A stretch of 63,623 nt of DNA, filler included, from Reclinomonas americana ATCC 50394 (lineage: Eukaryota): NCBI GenBank assembly GCA_048213135.1. It is 5 parts of 2 records of this genome, joined end to end, with 100 filler letters (N's around TTAATTAATTAA, not from the genome) between each part and the next. Parts side by side here need not be neighbours in the genome. Positions count along the whole stretch, not along the records: positions 16,408 to 26,780 come from PS015181.1; positions 26,881 to 43,330 come from PS015181.1; 3 more parts are not named here. One strand, written 5' to 3'. Below are positions 24,636-37,030 of the stretch, one piece after another. The notes beneath the pieces are model-generated. The model was not told where the DNA came from. It worked only from the letters and a program-made list of their open reading frames with translations, and made no database searches. A program made the position numbers and the translations under genes. Each line of letters begins with the position of its first letter. Position 1 is the stretch's first letter.

Positions 24636-26000
24636 ACAATCAACGCCGCCTGTTCATTGCGGAGGAGAAGGAACGTGCGGAGCGCAAGCGCGAGGAGGAT
24701 GCGCGCAAGGAGTACGAGGATGAACGGGAAAAGTTCATGCAGGAGTTGCGTCGCTCTCTTTGAGTTGCCACCGCTCGCTTGTCTACTCTCTTGTTGAGCT
24801 GGATTGCACGATCCTCTGTCTCGCCTTCCTCTGTCATCAGTGTTTTCTTGCCTCCCTGTCAACCTGTTCTCGCTTGCACGATCCTTATTCTCTTTATCAA
24901 CCTCGTTGCGAGTCAGGAGGAAGACACCGACAGAGAGACTGATTAACGGAGAAACACACGATGAGCTCAGATGGAGAAAAAAAGACCAGAAGAGAGTTGT
25001 ACGTATCCAATCTCCTCGTGCACTTCCTCGTTTCTACCATCCTTGTTACCACCCTTGATAACAGAATGAGAGAGAGAGAAACACAAGCATACAACCTCAG
25101 GAGGGCGAGTCTCTCAGCAAACGACTCGCAAGAAAGAACAGCAGAAGAGAGTTGCACTTATCCACTCTTCCTCGTAAACCACCCTTCTCGACGGAGAGTG
25201 GGCGAAGTAGAGAGAGAGACACAAGCATACAACCTCAGGAGGGCGAGTCTCAACACATGGCACTCTATTGTTGAGGACGATAGTGTTGTCCTTATCTACT
25301 TTACTCTTGTTCGGAGCTTTGAGAGCGAACACACACACACACAAAGAACCTGCTGCTGCCTCAAGGTGTCTGTGTTGATGTTTTGGATACGGTTGAACTT
25401 GGTCATCAAGACAGCTGTTGCTTGTTTGTTGGTGAATGAATTTGTTGTTGTCACTCTTCACCATCCTTCCCCTTTCCCTTTCCCTTTCCCTGTCCCTTTC
25501 TCTTTCCCTCTCCATCTCCTTCCCCTCACCACCCCCTTCTCCTTTTCCTTCNNNNNNNNNNNNNNNNNNNNCCCCCTCCCACAGGCAGCTCCTGGAGCAC
25601 GGCCGCGAAGGCGACCACGGTGCCGAAATGGTGACGATGAAAAACAGCCTCTCCTTCATGTACATGGCGCCGCCGGGCCTGGAGCGCGCCGAGGCGGAGC
25701 GCAAGCGGCGCGAACTGGAGCAGGCGAATAAGGAGTCGGGCGAGGCAGGAGCAGCGGCAGAGGAGGAAGGAGGACGGGACGGTCGACCGCGCGGCGGCCT
25801 CAACAAGGCCACGGATCTGCGCGAGAAGTTCGACTTTCTCAAGAACGCCCCCCTGGAGGGCAAGTACGCCGAGGGCGTGGAGGTGCGCTTCCGGCCGGTC
25901 GGCTTCGAGGTGCGCAACGTGCGCTGCATGAAGTGCGGCAAGTGGGGTCACGTGTCCACCGATCGCGAGTGCTCGATGCGCGATGTGAGGAGCAAGAATG
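24636..26000 (+). CDS. CIR1: CIR1 (CBF1/RBPJ-interacting corepressor, splicing-associated), partial
   Basis: Exon 24636-24744 NQRRLFIAEEKE (Cir_N-like); exon 25585-26000 with LSFMYMAPPG, FLKNAP and PVGFEVRNVRCMKCGKWGHVSTDREC zinc knuckle; phase-2 junction consistent. Confidence 0.85.
25305..25452 (+). mobile_element. Short interspersed repeat of about 150 bp, copy 1 (in a CIR1 intron)
   Basis: Near-identical to the reverse complement of 51517-51680; ends AATGAA followed by a TTG-rich tail. Confidence 0.6.
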
Positions 26001-26971
26001 GTGAGTTACAGGAGAANNNNNNNNNNNNNNNNNNNNNNNNNNNNNNNNNNNNNNNNNNNNNNNNNNNNNNNNNNNNNNNNNNNNNNNNNNNNNNNNNNNN
26101 NNNNNNNNNNNNNNNNNNNNNNNNNNNNNNNNNNNNNNNNNNNNNNNNNNNNNNNNNNNNNNNNNNNNNNNNNNNNNNNNGGGGAAGCGGGAGGAGAGGA
26201 AGAGAGTTGGGCGATGCGTGTAGCATGGGTGAGATCTCAATCATTCTCCGTCACACACAACAAATATCCATCTCTTTATCTCCTGTTGTTCAGCCGCCTT
26301 TCTCCCTTCTCTCCTTCAAGGCGGAGTGTGAGAGGCGTGTCAGGAGGAAGATCCCTCCGCGTAGCATGACTGGAGATCTCTTTGATGATTCTCCACGCCT
26401 CCACGTTGCCGTCATGCACTCTTGTGTACTTTCTGATCCTTCTCTCGTCAGCTTCTTTTCTCACTTTTTCCCATCGTCCCTTTACTTCAAGGCGAAGTGT
26501 GAGTGGCGCGTTAGCATGAATGAGATCTCTTCATCATTCTGTACGCCGTTGCTGTCAGTTTCCATTTCTTGTGTCTTTTGTTGTAGTTTCTGATCCTCAA
26601 CCATTGGGCCACCACTCCTTCTGTCGCCGGCTTCTCTTTTCCAGGCGATGTGTGAGTGGCCTGTTAGCATGACTGAGATTTCTTCATCATTCTCCACGCC
26701 TAAACGTTACTGGCATTCACAACAAGTTTCCATCTCTTTTGTCTCTTGATGTGAGCCACCGCTCCGTCTCTCGTCAGCCTNNNNNNNNNNNNNNNNNNNN
26801 NNNNNNNNNNNNNNNNNNNNNNNNTTAATTAATTAANNNNNNNNNNNNNNNNNNNNNNNNNNNNNNNNNNNNNNNNNNNNCACCTCTCTCTCACTCTCTC
26901 CTTCCCCTACCTCGCTCACTCTCGTGTGGCGAACGACCGTCGACTTGTCACCTCCTTCGTCTCTCTCGCAC

Positions 26972-27024
<53 letters not shown>

Positions 27025-27680
27025 ATTCCTATCTCCTTCACGCCTATAGTCTCCCATATTGCACGCGACTGCCACACGTCCTCACTCTCTCCTTTCCACT
27101 CAATCAATCATCGTGTCTTGCAGCCTCTTTCCGCTCTCGCTCTCGCTCTGTTGCTCTTCCTTTCGTGTTTCTTCCGCACTTCGTGCCTCACACCTTTCCT
27201 CTCAGGCTCACTCTCTCATTCGCGTTTCATCGCTTCGTGTGCAAGTGAGTACACTCGCGACATCCTGCTGTCATACACGCGCTCTGGCTCTCGTTCGCTG
27301 TCCTCTCACACCCTGCGCGTTGCTTCCCTCCTTCGCTCCTTTCGACATAATACTTGCACTGCTCGCTCGCGTACGGCTGCATGCGCAGAAGCGCTTGTCA
27401 TTGTTCACTTTCTCTCGTAGCTGCTGACAGTCGCTCTGCCCTCTCCATTTCCTTCTCTCTCTCTTCCTCTCTGTCTCTCTCTCCCTTCCTCTCTGTCTCT
27501 CTCTCTCCATTTCCTTCTCTTCCCTCTGTCTCTCTCTCCATTCACTCTCTCTTTCTCTCCCTTCCCCCCTTTCCCCTTTCCCCTTCCCCCTTTCCCCCTT
27601 TCCCCTTCCCCCCTTGACCCCTTCCCCTCTTTACCCCCTTCCTCCTCCAACAGGCCACCCACCACGACGGCTCCGAGGCC

Positions 27681-30600
27681 ATGCCCCTCTCACTGGCCTT
27701 TGACGCCTCCACCATCGGCATCGGCATGATGACCCCTTCTCATCACCACCACCACAACGGCGACGACGACGATGACGGCGACAACGCAGCCGCCGGCGCC
27801 AGCACCGCAGACATTAACAATCAGCAGCTGTCGCCGACCGCCATGGACGACGATCGTCTGCTGATGCTGGAGGGGCAGGAGGGTGGTAGCGGCGTGAGGA
27901 AGTCCATGATGATTGAGGGCGGCAGCAGTGCGGCGGAGTGGGGCGGCAGTGTGGCGCCGGCGACGCCGGTGCATGGCGTGTGGCACACGATTGGCGCGGG
28001 GTTGAATTTGGCGAATGTGATTCTGGGGGTGGGCACGCTGGGTGAGTTGATGATGAGGGAAGGGGGAAGGGGGGATATGAGATAGACGTGGGCTTTGCTA
28101 CTGTCTTCTGTCTCACTCTCTTGGTTCCCTGTCCTTGAAGTCTTCTCTCTCACTCTCTTGTTTCCCTGTCCTTGCAGTCTTCTGTCTCACTCTCTTGCTT
28201 CCCTGTCCTTGAAGTCTTCTGTCTCGCTCTCTTGTTTCCCTGTCCTTGCAGTCTGCTGTTGCACTCTCTTGTTTCCCTGTCCTTGCAGTCTTCTGTCTCT
28301 CTCTCTTGATTCCCTGTCCTTGAAGTCTTCTGTCTCACTCTCTTGTTTCCCTGTCCNNNNNNNNNNNNNNNNNNNNNNNNNNNNNNNNNNNNNNNNNNNN
28401 NNNNNNNNNNNNNNNNNNNNNNNNNNNNNNNNNNNNNNNNNNNNNNNNNNNNNNNNNNNNNNNNNNNNNNNNNNNNNNNNNNNNNNNNNNNNNNNNNNNN
28501 NNNNNNNNNNNNNNNNNNNNNNNNNNNNNNNNNNNNNNNNNNNNNNNNNNNNNNNNNNNNNNNNNNNNNNNNNNNNNNNNNNNNNNNNNNNNNNNNNNNN
28601 NNNNNNNNNNNNNNNNNNNNNNNNNNNNNNNNNNNNNNNNNNNNNNNNNNNNNNNNNNNNNNNNNNNNNNNNNNNNNNNNNNNNNNNNNNNNNNNNNNNN
28701 NNNNNNNNNNNNNNNNNNNNNNNNNNNNNNNNNNNNNNNNNNNNNNNNNNNNNNNNNNNNNNNNNNNNNNNNNNNNNNNNNNNNNNNNNNNNNNNNNNNN
28801 NNNNNNNNNNNNNNNNNNNNNNNNNNNNNNNNNNNNNNNNNNNNNNNNNNNNNNNNNNNNNNNNNNNNNNNNNNNNNNNNNNNNNNNNNNNNNNNNNNNN
28901 NNNNNNNNNNNNNNNNNNNNNNNNNNNNNNNNNNNNNNNNNNNNNNNNNNNNNNNNNNNNNNNNNNNNNNNNNNNNNNNNNNNNNNNNNNNNNNNNNNNN
29001 NNNNNNNNNNNNNNNNNNNNNNNNNNNNNNNNNNNNNNNNNNNNNNNNNNNNNNNNNNNNNNNNNNNNNNNNNNNNNNNNNNNNNNNNNNNNNNNNNNNN
29101 NNNNNNNNNNNNNNNNNNNNNNNNNNNNNNNNNNNNNNNNNNNNNNNNNNNNNNNNNNNNNNNNNNNNNNNNNNNNNNNNNNNNNNNNNNNNNNNNNNNN
29201 NNNNNNNNNNNNNNNNNNNNNNNNNNNNNNNNNNNNNNNNNNNNNNNNNNNNNNNNNNNNNNNNNNNNNNNNNNNNTGTTCTAGAAGTCTCTGTGTCGAT
29301 CTCTTGCTTTCCTGTCCTTCAAGTCTTCTGTCTCACTCTCTTGCTTTCCTGTCCTTCAAGTCTTCTCTCTCACTCTCTTGTTTCCCTGTTCTTGAAGCCT
29401 TCTCTCTCACTCTCTTGGTTCCCTGTCCTTGCAGCCTTCTGTCTCACTCACTCGTTTCACGTTCTCACCCTGGACTCTTGCAGTTTGCTGTCGCGTCGCC
29501 ATTCCATCATTTGTGTCTTCGTTACTCTTCTCTTTCCCTCACGCGCTGACATTTCCGTTCTTTCCAGGACTTCCGTTCGCCATTCGGAGTGCGGGATTCG
29601 CGCTGGGCGTGTCGCTGGTGCTGCTGATTGCCGCGGTGTCGATGTTGACATTGTACATGCTGCAAAAGGCCGGCGAGTATGCGCGGTTGCCGGTGTTTAC
29701 GTATGAGCGGTTGAGCGAGGTGAGGAGAGGGGAGAAGGGGAGAGGGGAGAAATGGAGAAGGGGGAAGGGAGACAAAGAGTGAAAGAGAATGCACGTGAGA
29801 ATGGAAGAAAGAGAGTGCAATCGTGAGTGTATTTGCAGCGGGAGTGGAGTGGCCATCAGTATAATTACTGGGTGAGAAAGATAGGGAGGGGAAGAGACTG
29901 GGAGAGGGGCCGAGAAAGAAAGATTATCCAAAAGAGAGAGGCGTTAGCAACTCTGTTCGCACTTCCGTTCCTTGTTGCTTGATCTCCATTGAGATTAAGG
30001 CAGAGAGAGGCCCCTTTCCCTGCACCTCCCTACGGATGAAGAGTGAGAGAGAGCAAATGCACGGGCGAGGAATGAAGACGAGTGAGGAAATGGTGATCGT
30101 AGATGGAGTAGGAGACAGGGTCCTCAAGAGAGAGAAAAAGATGGACCGGGAGAAACTGGAAAAGAGAGTGATTCACTCCACTCATTTCCATTAGCTTTCC
30201 TTCTCAATCCTCCCATTTTCCCTGCATCTTCTCAGAGATAAAGAGCGAGAGAAAGAGCGAATGCAAGGAGCAGAGTAGGGCAGGAAACATGAAGAGAGGA
30301 GCGGGAAAGTAGAAGAGGGCGTGGATCTCTCCACTCCTTTCCTTTAATCTCTCTCCTCACTTCACCTTCTCTGCCTTCTCTTTCCCCTTCATCTCCCTTC
30401 CCCTTACCTCACTCTTCCCCATTCTCCGCAGTACTACCTGGGCCGCCGCGGACGCCAGTTTGTCGACGTCTTCTCCATCATGTTCAATTTCGGCGCACTG
30501 GTGGCCTACGCCAACGTGTGCGGCGAGCTCGCCTCCAGTCTCTCCAGCGAGTGGTTTGGGGCAGGTGCGTGTCTCTCTCGCCCTCTTGCTCTTTCTCTCT

Positions 30601-33600
30601 CACTCTCTTGCTCTTTCTCTCTCACTCTATTGCTCTTTCTCTCTCACTCCCTGTCGTTCTCTGTCTATGTCTCAGTTTTGCCGCCACTCTGTGTCTGCCT
30701 CGCTGGCTGGCTGTGTCAGTCTCTGTCTTTCTGTCACTGTCTGTCTCTCAGATTGTCTCTGCGCCATTTTCTCACTCTCTGTTGGTCTCTCTCTGCGTGT
30801 GTCTGGCTGTCCGTCTCTGACTTTCCTTCTCTGTCTTTCTGTCTCTCCATTTCTCACCGGCTGCCACCTCTGTCTGCATCTGTCTCTCTGTCTGTGTCTG
30901 TGTCTTGGCTATCTCTGTCACACTTGCTGTGCTTGTCTCTCCCTCTCACCCTCTTTGTCTCTCTGTCATTTGCAATCTCGCTGTCTGTCTCTGTCGCTCT
31001 GTTTTCTCTCTGTTCGTCTCTCACTGTCTCTGTCTGTGTCTCTCTGTGTATCCATGTCTTTCTTTTCTCTCCCGTCTGTTCCTGTCTGTTTGTCTCTCGA
31101 TGTTTCATTGTTTTTCTGTCGTTCTCTGTCTCTGAGTGTCTCTGTCCCCCTTTTTTACTCACTCTTTCCGTCTCTTTCAGTCATTCTCTGTCTCTGCTTC
31201 TTTTTCTGTCTCTGTGTCATTCTCTGTGTCATTCTCTGTGTCATTCTCTGTCTCTGCGTCTTTCTCCGTCTCTCTGTCATTCTCTGTCTCTGTGTCTTTC
31301 TCTGCCTCCCTCACTGTCTCTCTTTCTGTATCTATCTCCTCGCTCGCATTCTCTGTATCGGTCTCTGCCGCACTGTTATTTCTTTCTCTCTGTCTCTCCG
31401 CCTTTCTCTGTTCCCCTGTGCTGCTCCATCTTCCCTCTTCCCTCCCTCTCTCTTCTCGACCTCCCTCTCTCTTCTCGACCTCCCTTTCTCTCTGTCTCTC
31501 TGTCTCTCTCTCCCTCTCCCCCTCTCTGCCTTTCTCTGTCCCTCTGTGCTTCTCTATATCCCTCTTCCTCTCCCTCCCCCCTTCCTCTCCCTCCCCTATT
31601 CCCCTCCCTCCCCTTTCCCTCTCCCTTTCCCTGTCCCACCCCTTCCCCCCATTTCGCAGACTCCTTCCTCTCCGACCGCCGGGTGGCCACCGGCATCGTG
31701 TGCGCCATCTTCATCTGGCCCCTGTGCCTGCCGCGCGAGATTCACGCCCTGCGCTACACCAGCGCACTGGCCGTCGTGTGCATTCTGTGGGTGGTGGGAG
31801 TGGTGGTGGTGCGCTGCTTTGACATTGATCGGACGGCGGCGGGCCCGTTGCCGCCGGCGGTGCAGGGACCGTGGACGACGCATGTGCAGTTGGTGACGGA
31901 GGCGCCGTGGGCGTTGTTCTTGTCGTTGCCGATTTACTCGTTTGCGTTTAGTTGTCACACGCAGTTTCCGCATGGTGAGGGTGAAGGGGGTGGATGGGGA
32001 AAGGGGTAAAGGGGAAGGGAGGGAGGGAGAAGGTGGGGAAGCGAAAGACGGTGGGAGGGAATATCTGAATTGAATGTGCAAGAGGGTGGCGGAATAGATG
32101 ATGTTACATCATGCAGAGAAGATTAGAGCTGCTCAATATTTGTGTGTGCTGGAGTGAGAGACGATCAGTCATGGTGCATGTTGGAGAAAGATGAGAAGAA
32201 ATGCATAGAGAGAGACAAGAGTCAATTGCTCAGTGACTGGAGAGAGACAAGGGGAGAGAAGAGCTTCTCAGTGAGGTACAGGGACAAGGATGGGGAGGAG
32301 ACATTTGGATATTGTTTCTATTAGAAGGAGAGACAGGGGGAGAAGGGCTGTTGAGCGAGGTGTTCATTGGCGAGAGACGAGGAACAGGAAGAAGAGCTCA
32401 GTGAGGTGTTTGTGGAGAGATATGGAAAGATAAGATGCTCGATGACTGTGTGTTGTAGGGAGACAAGGGAAGAAACGAGATGCACAGAGAGAGAGAAGAG
32501 ACGCTCAGCAAAGGTGCGTGTTGGAGAAAGGCAAGGATCGAGAAGAGATGCTCGGTGACTGTGTTTGTTGGAGAGAGCCGAGGGAAGAGAGATGGGAGGT
32601 GATAGAGTGATATAGAAGGTGAAGTGATGCTCTGTTACGGTGATTGTCGCGAGAGAGAAGAAAAGGTGAAGAGATGCTCAGCTATGCAGCTGGTGGAGAG
32701 AGACAAGAGAAGTAACTATGTGTGTGTTGGAGAGAGACAAGGGAAGAGAGGAGGCATATTACTATGGTTGTTAGAGATAGAGAGAGAGAAGGAAGGAGAA
32801 GAAGCGCAATGATGGAGTTTGTCGGCGAGAGATAGAGAAAGGAGAGGCACCGAGTGAGGTGCTTGGTAGAGAGAGGCAAGTAAGGTGTGATGGGCAGTGA
32901 TAGAGAGAGAGAGAGAGACGTGGACGGCGAAATGATCTCTGTTACGGTGTTCGTTGGAGAGAGGGATGGATCGCGAATAGCTGTTCGATGACTTCGTTTG
33001 TTGGAGAGAGACGAGGTAGGAGAAGAAATGCTCAGCAACGGTGCTTGTGGGAGAAAGAGTGGAAATGCCCAGTGATACTGCTTCTGGAGAACGACAAGAG
33101 AAGGGAGCTGCACAGTGACAAAGGAGAAGATATGCTCATTATTGATACTGCTTGTGGAGAGAGGGAAGAGAAATGATGCCGGTGATAGTGCGTGTTTGAG
33201 AGACAGGAGGAGAGATTTGTAGTGATTGTGGTTGTTGGAGAGAGACAAGGAAAGAGAAGATACTCAGTGGTGGTGCTTGTTGGAGAGATATTGACAAGGA
33301 GAGGCAGTGTTCAGTGCTGGTGCTTCTTCGAAAGAGACAGGGAAAGAAGATATGCTCAGGTGCTGCATCGCTGTTTGCTCGACTGCTGACTCTCCGCCCT
33401 TCCCCACTATTCGCAGTGGTGCGCGGGATGAGCAAATCCTCCACCCGTGCAGTGATTCTGTTTGCCATTGGCACGTGCTTGCTGGTGTACCTCACCGTTG
33501 GCGTGTTTGGGTACTTGACGTTTTTCAGCTACGGTGCGTCTCTTCCTCGCATGAATACGGTTCTGGACCGCTCACTTTTCCTGTCGCAGCGAGCGGCAAC

Positions 33601-34417
33601 ATTCTCGAGTCGTACCCGGTGGACGACGGTGCGGTGAATGCGGCGCGGGTGGGCCTGATGGTGGTGGTCATTTTTTCGTTTCCGCTGATTCACTACGGCG
33701 CGCGCTATCATGTGAGTGGGCAGTGCGAGAGAAGAGAGAGTTCTGCGACGAAAGGGCGAGCGAGAGAAAGCACAGCGCAAGAGGAGAAAAAAAGGCGAGA
33801 GAGAAAGGGGAGGGGAGAATGCAATGTGCAGATTTCCGCTCTCTCACTCTTTTTTTTTCGCCAGCTGGAGACCCTGTGGCTGCACCGCTACATGCCGTCG
33901 GTGTGGGTCAATATCGTCACCACGACGTCGATTGTGGTGCTGGCGACGGCGCTGGCGGTGCTGGTGCCGAATGTGGAGGATATTTTTGGGATAACGGGGG
34001 CGACGGCGGCGGGTGGGTGGTGGGGAGGAAAGAGAGGGGGAAGGGGGAGGGAGGGAAAGGGGGAGAGGGTAAAGGGGAAAGGAGGAAGAGAGGGGGATAC
34101 GCGCACAGTGATTCACAGCGGGAGAGGAAGTCAGAAGGCGCAGTCATATCTGCGATGTTGCACGAGTGAATCCAGAGTGGAAAAGAAGAGTGAGGAAGGA
34201 GACGGCAGTGTGGAGGGAACAGAGAGAGAGAGAGGGAGAGAGAGAGACACACACACACACACACACAACAAAAGAACAAAAGAAAAGAGTAGAAATGAGA
34301 AGAGAGCAAGCGCAAATGACGCTACTGAGTACGAATAGAACAGTGGGGAAAGAGCAACGGTGCAGAGTGAGCTGGTCTACTCTCTCTCTCTCTCACATAC
34401 GTATTGAAAGAGTGTGC

Positions 34418-34451
<34 letters not shown>

Positions 34452-35226
34452 CAAAGAGAAAGAGAGAAAGAGAAAAATAGCAAGCACATGTCAGTATGGC
34501 ACTATTGAGTACAGAGAGTGGAAGAACAGAGAGGATCGAACAACGGTGCAGATTGAGCTGGTCTGCTCTCTCACACATACGTACTGAGAGAGAGAGAGAG
34601 ACAAAGAGAAAGAGTGAAGAGAGGGAGAAGGAGAGAGAGCAAGCGCAAATGACGCTACTGAGTACAGAGAGTGGAATAGAACTGTGGGGAAAGAGCAACG
34701 GCGCAGAGTGAGCTGGTCTACTCCCTCTCTCTCTCACACACACATACGTATTGAAAGAGTGGAGAGAGGAGAGAGAGAGAGCAAATACATGTCACATGTC
34801 ACTACGGAGTCCAGAGAGTGGAAGAGAACAGTAAGGGAAGAAATATCAGTGCAGGGAGAGAGTGAGTGAGCGGGAGTGAAAGAGAAAGACACTGATAGCA
34901 ACGACAAGTGCGAAGCGACAAATGCACGCGCCGGGAGAAGAGAACTTTTGTGGTGGCCGACAGCGCTTGTACAGAAAGGGAAGATAGTCCAGCACACAGA
35001 GTTAGAGCCAGTTTTGGTTCTGTGCTGCTTTCGTTTCCACGGAGAGGCGGCAGAGAAACAGAACAGAAGAGTAGATGCTTTGTGACTAATCAAACAAAAA
35101 TACACACACGCGCATGCACCGGAACACACTCAAGTGAGAGGCAAGAAGAGAGGCAAATAGAGAGAGATAAGACGAATAAGATGGAAATGAGTGGGCAAAG
35201 AGTGAGAGAGTCAATGAAAGACAACA

Positions 35227-35264
<38 letters not shown>

Positions 35265-35966
35265 GTGAGCGACAGCAAGTTCAACAGCGATCCTGGCTGT
35301 CACCCTGCCACTCTCGCAGCATTGTCTTCCATTCCCTTCTCTCTCCCGTCTCTTGCCGCCTCGTGTCCTTCTCCTCATTCCTCATCTCTCTTGCGGTCTT
35401 TCCTTCCGCCTCGTCTCCCATTCCCCACCGCCTTCTGTCTCTCACTGCATTGTCTCCCTTTCTCTTCCCTCCCTCCCCCCTCCCCCTTTCCCCTCCCTTC
35501 GCAGTGGTTCTCAACTACATGCTCCCGGCGATCATGTTCTATCGCGGCCGCTCGATGAACCGCGACCTGGTGAAGGCGCGCAGCACCCGCTACTACGACG
35601 GTTCGATCATACGCGACATGGGCAAGCGGCAGTGCTGCGGTGTGCACTGCGGTCGGCCGTGCAAGTTGCGATCATTATTTCTTTCTGTCTCCTCCTCATC
35701 GTCACTGTGTCTCACGTGGGTGCAGTGCATGTCCGGTTGCGCTGTGCCTGTGCTGCGATGCGCCTTGCTGTGGTGGGCCGTCGCGGTGTTGGAGCTTTGT
35801 GCGGAGGTGGTGGTCGGTGTGGTTTGTGGCGTTTGTCGGTGAGTCGGTGAAGTTGGGCATGGATGGGTGTGTGGAAGAGGGACTGATGGGTTTGGCAGGT
35901 GGCGCGGTTTGCTTGGGGGCGGTGCCGGCGGTAATTTTGAATATTGTGAGTCCCGAGGCCTCGTAG
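27681..35966 (+). CDS. Amino-acid transporter, Aa_trans (SLC38/AVT-like) family, 10 exons
   Basis: Exons 27681-28041, 29568-29719, 30432-30564, 31660-31974, 33417-33533, 33590-33711, 33865-34012, 35505-35664, 35726-35838, 35899-35966; motifs NLANVILGVGTLGLPFA, LPIYSFAFSCH, GVFGYLTF, GNILESYP, FGITGAT; an upstream exon is possible (acceptor at 27653). Confidence 0.9.
28105..29450. repeat. 35-bp minisatellite (tccctgtccttgaagtcttctgtctcactctcttg) spanning a gap
   Basis: Directly visible on both sides of the gap. Confidence 0.9.
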
Positions 35967-36039
35967 AATGTAAGTAGAATGTGATATATCTCTATGCAAG
36001 GGAGATGGCATGGAAGAGAAAGAGAGAGGAGGGAGAATG

Positions 36040-37030
36040 TGGGCGGGCGGAAGGCAAAGGTGCGTCTATGATATTCAAGTCGTCACTGCGCTTCTTCAGC
36101 AGGTTGCTTACTTGTTCTCTCTCTGGCAGCACCGGCACCACCGCAAAAGGCATGCTGCACCCTGATAGATTCGTGTGATACAGATGTGTGTGAGGGGAGA
36201 GTGTGGACGGGAGAACGTCAACGGTAAGGTGTTCAACTCTTCACTACACGTCTGTAAATAAGTTCCCCACTGCTCTGTTGTTATTCTCTCTCCAGCAGCA
36301 TAAAGTGCATCAGTTCATCTCGCGCAATTGTCTTTTTCTCACGGATGGGATAGACACGGATGAGGCAGACTGCTGACGAGTGGGCGGCAAAGGTGAGTGA
36401 GTGAGTGAGTGAGTGAGTGAGTGAGTGTGTGAGTGTGTGTGTGTGTGTGGAGCGTTCAAATCGTCGCTGCGCTTCTTCAAACAAGTTTCTTACTTATTCT
36501 CTCTCCGGCAGCACCGACACCACTGCGAAAGACAAACTGCACTATCTTGGAGCAGGGTTTGCATTTTCGTGCTCTAATTCTCTGCTGTGCACAAGCTGCA
36601 CCTGTTCATCTCGCACAGTTGTTGTCTTCGGTATCACGGATGGGGTAGGCCGTGGACGAGTGGGCGGCAAAGGTTTGCAATGTATTCAGATCTTCACTGA
36701 ACTTCTCTCTCTCTCTGGTAGCAGCACCGGCACTACCGCGAAAGGCAAACTGCACTTTGTTGCACTGTGTTGTGCTCTTTCAACAATAACTTCGCTGTCA
36801 TTCTCAAGCACGTGCACCTCCGTGCTGTGCACAAACTGCACCTGTTCATCGTCTGTGCAGCGCTGGTGTGTGTGACAAAGGGGGTGTGGGGAATGTGATC
36901 GGCAAAGGTTTGCATCGTGTTCAGTTCTTCACTGCACGTATTTAAACAAGTTTCTCACTATTCTCTCTCCGGCAGAACCGGCACCACGGCAGTACGCACA
37001 AACTGCACCAGTTCATCTCGGGCAATTGTC
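36040..37030 (-). repeat. Degenerate tandem array (about 5 units) of gene C's last exon plus 3' flank
   Basis: Recurring ttctctctccggcagcaccggcac and ggcaaaggt motifs; copies translate to TIARDELMHFMLLERE* and AVVPVLPEREQ. Confidence 0.8.

Noticed and set aside
28105-29450. Regular 35-bp repeat resembling a CRISPR array
   Set aside because: No unique spacers, intronic location and no cas genes; it is a minisatellite
30460-32009. Long Leu/Ser/Cys-rich ORFs (478 and 509 aa)
   Set aside because: Stop-free translation of a CT-rich intron between two transporter exons
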